Assembly (NCBI GenBank): GCA_002269645.1
Contig: NIVC01005101.1
Location: 1 to 26,268, forward strand
Length of the DNA stretch: 26,268 nt
Direction: 5' to 3'
Source: Macrostomum lignano
Lineage: Eukaryota
The translations under genes and the position numbers were made by a program. The notes under the pieces are model-generated. The model ran no database searches. It had not been told where the DNA came from and worked only from the letters and a program-made list of their open reading frames with translations. Shown here piece after piece: positions 1-11,321 of the stretch; positions within the stretch are counted from its first letter, which is position 1, and each line of letters starts with the position of its first letter.

Positions 1-2070
1 GGCTGGGCTACAATTTCAATACGTCAGACCTGTTGGTTCACGTGCTTCGGAGTAACTTTTGCATGAACTTTCTCGGAGTTGATAATAGGTCACAAACTCT
101 TTAAAATTAGCAGAATTCCTCAACGAGTATTAAAAATAATAACGATCAGAACCTTAATGGAAATCAGTGGTCTTTTCGTGAGTTTTCTCTTTTGTCTAAA
201 TGCATCGAGGGAATCACTGTCTGTACCGAAAAGTTTAATTCAGTGTCATGCTACCGGTCTTAATTATGAAGTTTAAATGGATGGCGGAAGTGCGCTTAAA
301 AAAGGATTTACGAGTAGTTAGCCAGAATATTAGCGTATATTCCCTAGGGATCTTAAAATTTGTCAAAACGACAGTTAATTAGGAAATAAAAATTCTGCCG
401 ACACACTGAAGCCGGAAATGCAGACTTAAAAAACGCAGGAAGTTAAAATATTGAAGTAGGCAGTACAGACTCTGAGTTCATCTTCATCAGGCTTATCCTT
501 CTTTGAATGGGTTAAACAGGCTTCCTCAAAAAAAAACTTTTAAATGACGGATGGACAAGTTAAATAAAAAGTCAGCAATCGAAAAAGATCACGGTAATTG
601 TGCCAGTGACGCTATCAAAATCTCGCACTCGCAAATTTTTCATCCCATTAACAGCCACCGATCTCGTGAGCTGCGATCGCCAGAAAGACTTTGTTGACCC
701 GTTCATCACGCTGAGCCTGGAGCCGCCCATAGACAGTAAGGAGCGGCAGACCTCGCTGCAGCGCAGGACCAGCTGTCCGACTTTCGATCAGACCTTCAAA
801 TTTCCAATTGATTTCGACAGCCTCGAGGGTCACCGATTGCGACTGTTGGTGCAGGACTTTGACAAGTTTTCTCGGCATGCTCCGGTGGGAGAATTCAGTG
901 CGGATCTGGGCAGCATTGATGTCACATCTGAGCCAGAGGTGGTGGGTTCCTTGAGATCAGTTGACGAGGTGAGTAGTTAAGCGGTCTTTAATCTTGAGCA
1001 CAGGGAAAACTGATTCCTAAACACGCCCACGTTGACATTAGGGTTTAAGGAAAATTACCTAGTTTTTATTGGAACTATACGTAATTAATTCTATAGGAAC
1101 ATTCAAATATCATAGAAACTAACTAGGCCAGTTTTCAGCTTAACATAAATCTTCTACCGCTACAACACCGCGTGTTTTAGAAAAAAATAGTTTGCTTCAA
1201 AGAGGGCTTCAAAATTCCCTGAAAGCAATTACGAGAAACTTGATTCTATTTAATCAGCAAGAAGTTCAAATAAAAAATTCCTTTTCAAAAAACAGAACCA
1301 ATACAGCAACGGCGAGCTGCTATTCTCACTCAGCCTCCTGCCGGGAGCCGAGAAGCTCACCATAGCCGTGATGAAAGCGCGAAACCTGCGTCAGATCAAC
1401 AGCGAAAAATCCATGGGTGAGATCACATCGCGTGCTAAAAGTGGCTTGGCTCGAAAATCAAATTAAATAAAGATTGCCTTTCAGCGTATATGGATACCAG
1501 ATACACCCTAGATCAGCTTGCATGGCCTGCGAGGTGTGGATGTTTGAATATCATTAATCATGCCGATCTGATTGCGTACCTGATTTATGGCGCCTTTAAT
1601 AAAATGATATGGTTTGGTTTTGTTTAAATGTCACGTCCTTACCCACCTGCGACGGTCAAAATTTCTAAGGCTGTAACTGTAACTATTATACTTTAAAGAG
1701 CAGTACAAGCTCTACTAAAGAAGAACCAACTACTTCAGATCCTTACGTGAGAGTGACTCTGCTACATGAAGAGAAAGGCATCAAGAAGCGCAAGAAGACC
1801 ACGTCAAAGAAGCGCGCCTTGAATCCTGTGTGGAACGAAGCGATGACGTTTCGAGTGACGCCAGACCTCCTGCATGGCCTGTCCGTTGAGGTGGCAATGC
1901 TGGACAAAGATCTGCTGGGCCAGGACGCGACCATCGGCTCCGTGCGTCTCGGGAACAGCGTCGACTGTCGCTCCGGCAGGCAGCACTGGATGGAGACGGT
2001 TGCAAATCCTCGCCGGGCCCTCGCCATGTGGCACCCGTTGACTGCGAGTGCAACTGGAGCCGCGAATTGA
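1..2070 (+). CDS. Syt: Synaptotagmin-like protein, C2A-C2B region (5'-partial). Exons 1-51, 655-968, 1296-1416, 1739-2070
   Basis: All junctions are GT-AG and phase-compatible (1,0,1). Joined protein has C2A motifs (LGYNFNTSDLLVHVL, VDPFITL, FDQTFKF, DFDKFSRH) and C2B motifs (GELLFSLSLLPGAEKLTIAVMKARNL, DPYVRV, KKRKKTT..KR.LNPVWNE, HW..NPRR.LAMWHPL*). Paralog identity not determined. Confidence 0.92.
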
Positions 2071-3790
2071 ACTATTGGAGCTACCTTTGTCAGCATGACT
2101 TTGGGCTAAATATATTTTTGGATTAAAAAGCGGCGATATTTAGTTTGTTGTGTTTGTTTCGAATGACAGTGATCCAGACTTTTCATATTGTCGATTATTT
2201 TAATTGTAACAGAACCGTTTTTGCGAAGTATGACTTTTAGCTACTAAACCATATAATATTAGTTGAACGTCATATTTAGAATTTTTCTGAAATCACGACT
2301 TACTTGAAGGCATCTAAATATCCCACATAGCGTTACTATTATTCCAAATGAAAGCGCATAACAGATGTTGCTACAACTACGCAATATTTTTGGATGATAC
2401 TGGTTCTGATTATCGTTATGAAAACCTTCAGTGTACCTTTAGCCGTTTTTTCTGAAGTCTACGTTGATACAATGTGTCTTTTAAAAAGTAGTCAATTCTC
2501 TGGAACTTGCGAATAATTTCTCTAGCTGATAGCTCAGTCTGGCTGGTTACTGCGCAGGTTTTGTCCGACCTCTGGTTCAGTGAAATTTCGTCCCTGTTGG
2601 GAATGTTGTGGATCGTCCTTTTATTCTAAGAATGTTTTAGTTCAGCAGTTGGCGTTTACAATTTGACGATGTGCTCTTTTGACGAACTTCTACTGTCTTG
2701 GTGGCGTTAAACTGTATTCTTCGAATAGCGTTAGTTTTTGTTATAATTTTGTTAAATCTTGAGCAGAACTTGTTTAGTCAGTGAATGAAGCTATTAATGA
2801 TTAAAACTATTTTTGTTTAAGTCTGTTTGTTTACTTTGTTTTATAATGGATTCAATACTTTATTTTATTAGTAAAACTGTGTCCTTTCTCTAAACTGTTG
2901 TCGATTGTAACGCTTGACTGACCTGTGTCTGTTCATTTCTGTTGTGCCATAATCTTTTTTCATGTCTCCTAGATCATAAAAATTAGTGTGTGAGAAAATT
3001 TTAAGATTCATTAAAGTCAGTAAAGATTATATCGGTCCAAAAGTTACTAATTACATCACGATAACGAAATTAATAAAATTTATCACGAGAGTATTGTGAT
3101 ATAGCGAAGTTAAAATTTATTCATTTGTCAAAACTCAGAATAAATTGAACATGAAGTAGATGGCCATTTTCTAATAAATTAGTTTTATTAGGCCTTTGCT
3201 CTCAAAGAGTGAAACTTATCCTTAGTATTATGTTCTATGACGGAAGGCCTCCTCTATTATATGAGTTTTTTGCCATGTTTCCATGTTAGTCTTAAAATAC
3301 GAGAAGCATCTCTGCAACTATAATACAGCCCATTCATTCATCATCTCCCGCATTCATTTACGCCTGACTTCATTGCGCGCGGAGCAGTCTTGGGTGTATA
3401 GGATATGCGTGCATTACAATCTTGCATGCTATAATTTGATGCTTTAGAGCCTCTATCGTGTCGTTCTCCGGGCTGCCACTTCCCCTACTCCCATATTCCC
3501 ATAGCAAGTTTTAAAAGATGAAAAGTACACAGTGAGAAGCTATGCAACGATCAATGATATTGATAGGAAATGGTAAAAAAGCATTGTTATACCTGCCTTT
3601 CGATATCAAATCCATCAGTCTAAATTCAATTCAATTAAACAACAGTCAGAGTTTTGTTATACTACTCAGCTGATTATTGCAAAGCAAAGCTACAAGTATA
3701 AGTAAATAGTACTTCTCGAGATTCGTCAGTATTGAGAGAACAAGCAAATACGCTCGCTCGTAGACAAGAAATACTCTTTAGCCTTATTAT

Positions 3791-4724
3791 TACACCTTTT
3801 CACGTTCAATTTTGAACAAAGTCCAGTTCTAAAAAAACTAGCGGAAATTCAATTCAGACAATTCAGACTGGGGCAACAAAACCCAGTTCAAAACATTCTG
3901 CTACGGAAGCGAGGTTTAGCCATAGACAAAATTGTCCCCAGTCTGAATTGTCTGAATTGAATTTCCGCTAGTTTTTTTAGAACTGGACTTTGTTCAAAAT
4001 TGAACCAAGGACGACTTAAGTAGAAGGACGGGAAACCTCGTTTCTTAGAAAATTTTTGAAGGCACTCTTTCCCGAAAAAAATACACTGCGGAGATGGGAA
4101 ATTTTCATTTTTTCAGCACAAAAATTGCTATAACTTTTGATAGGAGGCAGATCCAATGTTGATCTTTTGATATATTGTGCCTTTTTTATTGCTCTATCGA
4201 TATTTATAAAGCTTTCCGTTCAGAAAATTAGGATTCTATGTTAATTTTTTATTCTACGTATATTTTCATGTGTCTTGTGCTTGAAATACATTAGAATGCC
4301 ACGGCTTGGCTCTTTGATTTTATGAGTCTATTTTATCCTTCTTACCTGACTGTATAGCAAATAGTCGTAACATAGATGATAAAATGGATTCATAAAACCA
4401 AATATTAGAGCTGTGTCATGCATTTTTGTGATTTTTAGATACAGGAAATATACGTAGAATAAAAAATTAACATAGAATCCTAATTTTCTGAACGAAAAGC
4501 TTTATAAATATCGATAGAGCAATAAAAAAGGCACAATATATCAAAAGATCAACACTGGATCTGCCTCCTATCAAAGTTATAGCAATTTTTGTGCTGAAAA
4601 AATGAAAATTTCCTATCTCCGCAGTGTATTTTTTCGGGAAAAAGTGCCTTCAAAAATTTTCTAAGAAACGAGGTTTCCTGTCCTTCTACTTAAGTCGTCC
4701 TTGAATTGAACGTGAAAAGGTGTA
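3791..4724. mobile_element. Outer MITE (~230 bp without the insert) with ~83-bp TIRs, probable TA TSD (Tc1/mariner-like), interrupted by an inner element
   Basis: Left arm 3791-3873 (TACACCTTTTCACGTTCAATTTTGAAC...CAGACTGGGG) is the reverse complement of 3937-4005 joined to 4712-4724 (...GTGAAAAGGTGTA). The TIR contains the direct repeat AATTCAGAC x2. Superfamily is inferred from the terminal TA only. Confidence 0.85.
4006..4703. mobile_element. 698-bp non-autonomous foldback DNA transposon, hAT-like (8-bp TSD)
   Basis: Termini CAAGGACGAC...GTCGTCCTTG. Arms 4006-4265 and 4446-4703 are near-perfect inverted repeats (about 6 differences counted by eye). An exact 8-bp TSD, AATTGAAC, lies at 3998-4005 and 4704-4711. 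No ORF. Confidence 0.9.
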
Positions 4725-5501
4725 CTAGTTTGCGTGTTAAAACAAAAAACTTAAGTTTGGTGGAAAGTTTGCCAATTAAGCAACTTCCGGCTACAGAAAA
4801 TTGTAAGATTATAGTGACAAATTGAATGATTAGCACAAACTTTTTAAATCTTTTGACGAAGCACTATATTTGTTTCACATTATAAATATATGTTTTAGCC
4901 CAGAGACCAATAATGAAGACAATATGAGTCGGCAGCTACCAGCTACGGCGATTTCGAGGCTGTAGGGCGACAGCGTGGGCAGGGGCTTAGAAAAGTCGCT
5001 GATATCAGAGGGCACAGAAATAGGAAAAATGACAAATTTACGATCACGATTGTCGTTATTAAACAAGCCGATTATTTTCACACCTGTGCAACGTTACAAT
5101 AATAACTGCGCAGCAGAACTCTAAGCCCATTTTTTTCAAATAATGCGGGGCTCCTATGGGTGAATTTCGCATGAAAGAACCATCCTATTAAGACGCATTA
5201 GAGTAGCAGATCCAGTTACAGAGTACACATATACATGTACGAGTTGAATAAACTCTAAAACCTCGAGGAAATGCAAGTCCGGTCACGTCCAATATCGATC
5301 CAAAGACTCGTTAAGGAGGTTTTAAGACTCGTTTACTCCGCCGCAACATCAAATCGCAAAAACTGGTGATGAAAGTGACTACAAAGAATTGTACAAGGTG
5401 TGTATGCATCAACCGAAAAATTAACTTACTAGATTTTCCTTGCATTCACCATCTTACCTTACACGTACCGAGAGCCATTTAAAATACCCGCAGTCAGCGT
5501 C

Positions 5502-8500
5502 TCATTTAATCTTCCCTTGAATTTTTATTTCTAAAGTTGCAGAAGACCCATCCGGATCGGGCCTATAGCTCAGCACTTGCTGCTGCTGCCCTCCCTGATC
5601 GATCTCATCGACGTCCAGACTCTGCGGCATGGCCCGGCCTCTGGTCTCGATAGGAAGCATCAGGGATAGACCGGCGCACCCGATGCCCACTAAAGCGAAC
5701 GTGGCAAAGCCAGCAAACAAGCTCACGTCGGGCAGTACGACCTGAGCTACAAACGGGGCGCTCATGGAACCGAATCGAGCCATGGCGGAGCAGATACCGA
5801 GGCCGATGCTTCGAATTACGGTAGGGTACACCTGCAATGAATTAGAATTGAATTGAGCACCGCTTTAATGTTTATTCCACTTACAGATTAACAAAAGAAA
5901 CTATCGAAAACACCAAAAGGTAAAGGTAATGACTGCAGGGGTCTTTGAGGGCTGTAAAGTTACCCTGAAGCAATACCTTCAATGAAATCTTTCCACAACC
6001 ATAGCTGACGGCAATATTTCTGTCCATTCCGCTGACTCCTGAACACATACAAGCTCTCGGATACTGAACGCAGGCACGGCACTCATACACGCTCACACAG
6101 GATGTACAGCGGCTCCGACTTTCTAATCGTCAGGCATGTTGCACTCTCTGTGTCGTGGTGCTTGGCCCTTGGTTGTAAACCGGACGACACTGCCTCGAGG
6201 TGAATTTTCGTGCACACAAGCCCTAAGTGAAGGTGGCCGCGAGCGGAACCGACCATTGGTAATGGCGCGAGAGTCTGAGGCGGTTACCGCTGAGCAATAA
6301 AGTTTTACAGATAAAAAGCGGTGCAAAAGTTCGCTTGAACCGACCAGCCATTGTTTCGCTCAAAATTGCATATGCATAATTTAGTTTTCAATTATTATCG
6401 ACTGCACTTTAGGTGCAGAGGGATAAATGCGGGATAAATTTGTGCTAGTCAATGGAAATGGGTCAGTGGATTGGTCAATGGCGATTGACCGAACCTAATC
6501 GGTCAAAAAGAGGTAAAGAGATCTAGGGAACAAATCGATATGGCATGTGCATTAATTAACAACTCACAGATGTACCCCTATATGTATAGAAATTGTTGTG
6601 TTCTCCGCTTCTTTGATGAATTAGATTGAAGTCGTGAGACACCAATTACTGCGAGTTGTAAACTCAAAATGAGCTCTCGGCTCTCTCGTGCGCTAGCATA
6701 TTTTTTCTGCTGGCGTTCGCTGGCTTCAAGCCTAATACCTGTAACGCGTGAATCCCCCAGCATGTCTATGGGAATATTTTAAGATAACAGTTAAATAGAT
6801 AAAATAGAGCCTACTCACCTCAGTAGTATAGATGTAATCGATTTTGAAAATGCCCCCAGCATGCGCTCTAGCCAGCAGAAGAAAAGCTGCCGATACGCCG
6901 CTCGGGACACAGAGGCAGATCAGGCCGAAGAACACCCCCATGAGCAGGTAGTTGATCGCCAGAGTCCACCGTCTACCCAACCAGTCAATGGTGAGAAGAT
7001 TAAATGGAATTATTAAAAATTCGCCAAACGATGAGATAAACATAGCTTTGTAATCCTCCGCTTCGAGGCCTCTGCAGCAGGAGTTGTCTTTCACCAACGA
7101 GGCGTTGCTAGCGACGCTCTCCGACCCCGGCAGCAGCGCCGGACCTCGGTCGCACTGCCGACGCAGCTGAGACATCTCCGAGCTGACCAGCACGATGCCG
7201 TAGTAGGAGAAGGCGATGCCGAACCACAGACAGAAGAGGATTAGCGTTGTTCGGCGGTAGGACGTGTGAAACAGCGACCAGATGTGGCCTCGAGTTTCTG
7301 TCTGCAAAGTTTGGATCTGCTTTTTGTCTGCTCGTAAAAAGATTTCGACATGAGCAAGTATGGATTTGTCAACTTACCTCAGAGATACCTGCCGGTCGGC
7401 CCTTCATCAACGGTCGGCCATTCTCTCGTGCAATTTGGTCAATTACCTTAACTGCCTCATCCGCTTTTCCAGAAGCCAGCAAGAATCTTGCTGACTCCGG
7501 AAGGCACTGAAAAGTTTTAAAAGCGCGATAAAATAATATTTATCTTATTTATCAACACCAAAGCTTTTATGTTGAAGCTTTAAGCTTATGTTGAAGCTCA
7601 AGTTGAGGGCAGATCGAATGAGCTCTTACAAGTCTATCGATAGCTAACTTGAGAATAATTAGTTTAAAAAAATCACTAACCCAAAGCGATGGCAGCGTCA
7701 AGATCAGCGGCAGTGAAGAGAAGGCCACCAGGTATCTCCAGCCCAAAGTGGGCAGCACCAGGTAAGCCAGCAGGATCTCAAAGGTGGATCCAACACCCCA
7801 GAACAGGTTGAAGAGGATGAGCACTTTGGCGCGGTGCCGCTGAGGCAGGTACTCGGACAGCAGGGTGAAGGATGTGGCGGCACCGCCGATGTTGAAGCCC
7901 ACGATACCGCGAAGGCTGGCGAGCCAGAAGTAGTTCGGCGCGAACGAACAGAGCAGGCCGAAGTAGGCCATGAGGATGAAGCAGATGGCGGACACGCTCC
8001 AGCGACCCCGCTTGTCCGACACGGCGCCCCAGACAGGAGCTCCGAGCAGCATTCCAGCGAACACCACAGTGGTGATGCCGGCCACCTGAGCTGACGTCAG
8101 GCGCCAGTCGCAGCGGAGCGCGGGGCCCAGCACTGACAGTAGCAGCATCTCCATTGCGTCCGCTGCCTGGCATGGGTAGGGAAAGTGAAAATTTGGCTCA
8201 TTTGCATACATAGCATCGGAAATGTGGAGCACAAATAAAATTGCATGTTAGTACATTAGCTGCAGAATCTGTTTAACACTTTATTCGTGAGCGTGACGTT
8301 GGCAGCCAATAATGTGGTAAATTCGACAGATTTTCTTAGGCAAATTTAAAGTCCTTACAATTTAAAGAACTCACCGTCATGACTCCCGTGATAAACAGGA
8401 GCTTGATTTGAAATTTTCCAAAGCCCAGCCTCTCCACCGCTTCTTCGACGGAGTAAAATTTATCTTCATTGTTGGAATTCGAATTCGAATCGAAGTTCTC

Positions 8501-8599
8501 AGAGTCCGAGTTAAGCTGCGTGTCTGCAGAAAAGTGTTTAATGAAGGTATTAGTGGACTTTGAATGCCTACCCCTGATTCTAGTCAGGCGCAAGGACAT
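5502..8599 (-). CDS. SVOP: SV2-related protein (SVOP-like) MFS transporter, ~534 aa. Exons 8599-8572, 8523-8375, 8166-7681, 7506-7378, 7301-6819, 5831-5502
   Basis: Junctions are phase-compatible GT-AG with no frameshift or stop. Motifs: FYSVEEAVERLGFGKFQ, ADAMEMLLLSVLGP, SDKRGR, EYLP..HRAK, LGWRYL, LPESARF, DWLGRR, YTTEVYPT.IRSIGLG.CSAMARFG...APFVAQV, LPIETRGR. The start ATG at 8599 is the most plausible choice but is unproven. Confidence 0.92.
6061..6300 (-). mobile_element. tRNA-derived SINE-like repeat, diverged copy A (SVOP intron)
   Basis: Minus strand has a box A-like TTGCTCAGCGGT (6297-6286) and a weak box B GGTTCCGCTC (6250-6241). It then carries TTAGGGCT, ACAACCAAGGGCC and CCTGTGTGAGCGTG blocks shared with the copies at 15.5 kb and 23.9 kb. 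Confidence 0.55.
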
Positions 8600-11321
8600 C
8601 CTGAACCGGATCTGGGCCAAGTAATCTTCACTACAGATTCAATTTTAGACACATGTAGCCTAACTCCATTTTTTGTTTATGATTTTGTGGTAGTTCTAGC
8701 TTTAACTTCAGGTTCTGGCTCACGGTCACTTTGATTCATTGTATCAGTCAAGTTGGTAATTAAGACGATCCAGTGAAGGATCAATTTCATTCGCTGCAGC
8801 AGTGCATTCGGCTAAGGACAATAAAGGTCAACCAAGAGGATATATCCAATAAAATTCAGGATTCTCTCCTTGGTTGTTTTTTAGCTAGATAGAGTCCTAA
8901 GCTCGGCTTTTATGCTATGAGAGATATTAGCTTGAAATTATGAGCTATCCACTTGATTGTGCATTTAATACTCACAAGCAACAGTTCGCAGTCTAGATTC
9001 GTCTCCGTAAATTCGATGCACCGTTCCTGGTCTGCTGATTGGATGCATTGAAAAGCAAGTAGCAGTTCTTAATGAACTTGCAGCTTGAATTAAATAAACA
9101 CGATCGAATGACTCACTTCGGAACCGTCTGCAGCTGATTTTTGCAGTTTATAGCATGCTCTCTGGTCATGGGTAGAGAATAATGGGTTGCCTTCTCTCCC
9201 GTATTGTGCTCACTGTGCACAGTGGGGAAGAGAATATTTCTATAGCACTAGAGCAAGCGCAGGGATCTCAATAGTTGTTGCTCGTTATTTTGTTCAAATT
9301 TTTACTTCGCTGGCCGGCTAGCTTTCTCGAATCGGAACTACTTTCATTTAGTGAGGGGGACAGAATTTGAACCTACTGTAAATGTACGCTCCTAAATTAC
9401 CATTGCCATTGGATTAAGGAAATGAAAAAAAATTCAGAATATTTGCTAACGCATCATACCCTTAGCTACTTAATTTCGTTCTCTAACATTCAGAGTTCAA
9501 GGGATCCTTCATTTGGAGCAAAATGACGAGTTGACCATGGTAAACGCTTTTTATATGTTTGCATGAAGAATAGGAGCGATAGTAATGCTATGTTATGCCC
9601 CCCATTATATTACCACTTAATAATGTTTATGTTATCCCCACACCCCAGCTTTCATTGTGTTTTCCTGCCTAGAATGATGGAGACATGAATAGCGTCAAGA
9701 GGGGTTTGTGTCACACCTTATCTCGTGATTAGTATACCTTTTTGACGAAAAATGCCCTGAAAGAAGTCCTCAAAACATTTGAGACTTTGATATACCTAAA
9801 ACCACAGCTTAAAGCGTTCACCATTCTTCAGTAACTCATAAACGTGCATGCCCTCAATCATTCTCATGTGACTATCGTCAAGTTTTAGTACAATTTTTCA
9901 TAAATGGCTGTATTCTAGAGGGTCCTGATAATACACAATGAAAACATATTAAACTCAAAATACCAGAACTCAAAATAAACTCAAATCATAAAATGACTTG
10001 GAAGATTTCCAATCACATTAAATCCGAATTTATCCCATTTCTCTCCATAAAGATCGCCAAATGCTGAAGTAGTCTGGTTTTCGGCATAACGGTAGCTTTT
10101 TGGCTCTAAATAGAGAGATTGGTGTAAAGAAATCGGCACCCAATGCTTCGGGCTCCATTTTGACTCTTTAAGTTCACATCTACTTTGAAGCTGAAAGAGC
10201 CCACCAACCCATGCGAGGCACGTTTATTCGTGAGACTCGTACAGTTCCTCCCCTGCTTCATTCCGCATGGCAACGACAGCTGGGAATCGCAGCATGGCAA
10301 CTAACACATCGCTACACACAACTGTGGGGGTTTAAGCATTGCCCGTAGGACCGAGCGCTGTTTTAACTCAGCTTAATGCATGCCGTAACATCAATCTAAT
10401 ATGCTACTCAAGCTGTTCTTATAGCGATGTGGAGAGAAGAACAGTCCTGCGAAAATTCTAATCTTTTCAAATTATCTAAATTCACAGTCTTCACTTTCGA
10501 GTTGAGGTATGAACCTGGACAGACTATGCAATAAGACGGACCAATTTGTCAAAGCAATCAATTTCATTAAAAATGAAGAGAAATCGAAGCAAAACGATGG
10601 AGATTGGGACTCACTAGCACCAATACCGCTACGTCATCCACTAAAACGCCGTTCAGCATGTGCTACAGCCGGGTCATTAGGATCGCTCCGGCATCACAAC
10701 GATGACCGAGCAATCGAAAAGTTGCATCTGGTCTGTATGTATGTATGTCTCGCGACATTCAGTCCCATGTAGCTGAATATTAAATTTGTGCAAAGGCTCA
10801 ATCGTGGTGTAGATGGTAGAATACTGTATGAGATACCGTATGTATATCGATCAGTCCTGACCTAATCAGTTCTGTCCATGAATATGCAATAGATATAACA
10901 AGCCGACGATAGCGCGAAAGTCACCTATATTAGTTGTGTGTAAAAATTTCTTGGCGTTGATCTTGTATGACCCCTTTCATCTGGTAAAACTCTACTTGCA
11001 CTAATCAACTACTACTTAAGATCAACAACAACTCTATAATAACAAAAACATGACGGTGATATTCAGTGCATTTGGTGAGTGCAAAGCGCTCGTGTCGCAC
11101 AGTGGACCGTGATTTTCCTGGAATTCCATAACCTTATTGTTGTGTATGCGGCTAGCACACCGTCTTGGAGTGATAGTGCGCGTGGCGCCTTTGGATTGGC
11201 TAGGTCTAGGCCAGGGGTGGGGTTTTGTTGTTTACGTGACTGACTAGCTAAATATATTAGTACGCACAGGCCTTTAAAAGCCTCATGTGTTGTTTTCCCA
11301 ACCTTCTCACTTATTTCTCCG

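Noticed and set aside
648-2096. Overlapping and antisense ORFs over Syt exons (and likewise over SVOP, gypsy and lectin exons)
   Set aside because: These are shadow ORFs of GC-rich coding sequence with no motifs.
2530-2590. tRNA-like TAGCTCAGTCTGG
   Set aside because: Box A only, with a poor box B and no cloverleaf. Not a tRNA gene; at most a SINE relic.
7561-7600. Local duplication AAGCTT(TT)ATGTTGAAGCT x2 in an SVOP intron
   Set aside because: An ordinary slippage duplication.
9191-9232. 14-bp palindrome CACTGTGCACAGTG with weak flanking inverted repeat
   Set aside because: Too short to assign a function, with no TSD or Helitron-type CTRR end.
10805-11060. Possible 5' LTR (TG...AACA) and PBS of the gypsy element
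   Set aside because: There is no second LTR to pair with, and the following TGACGGTG is not a convincing TGG-type PBS.
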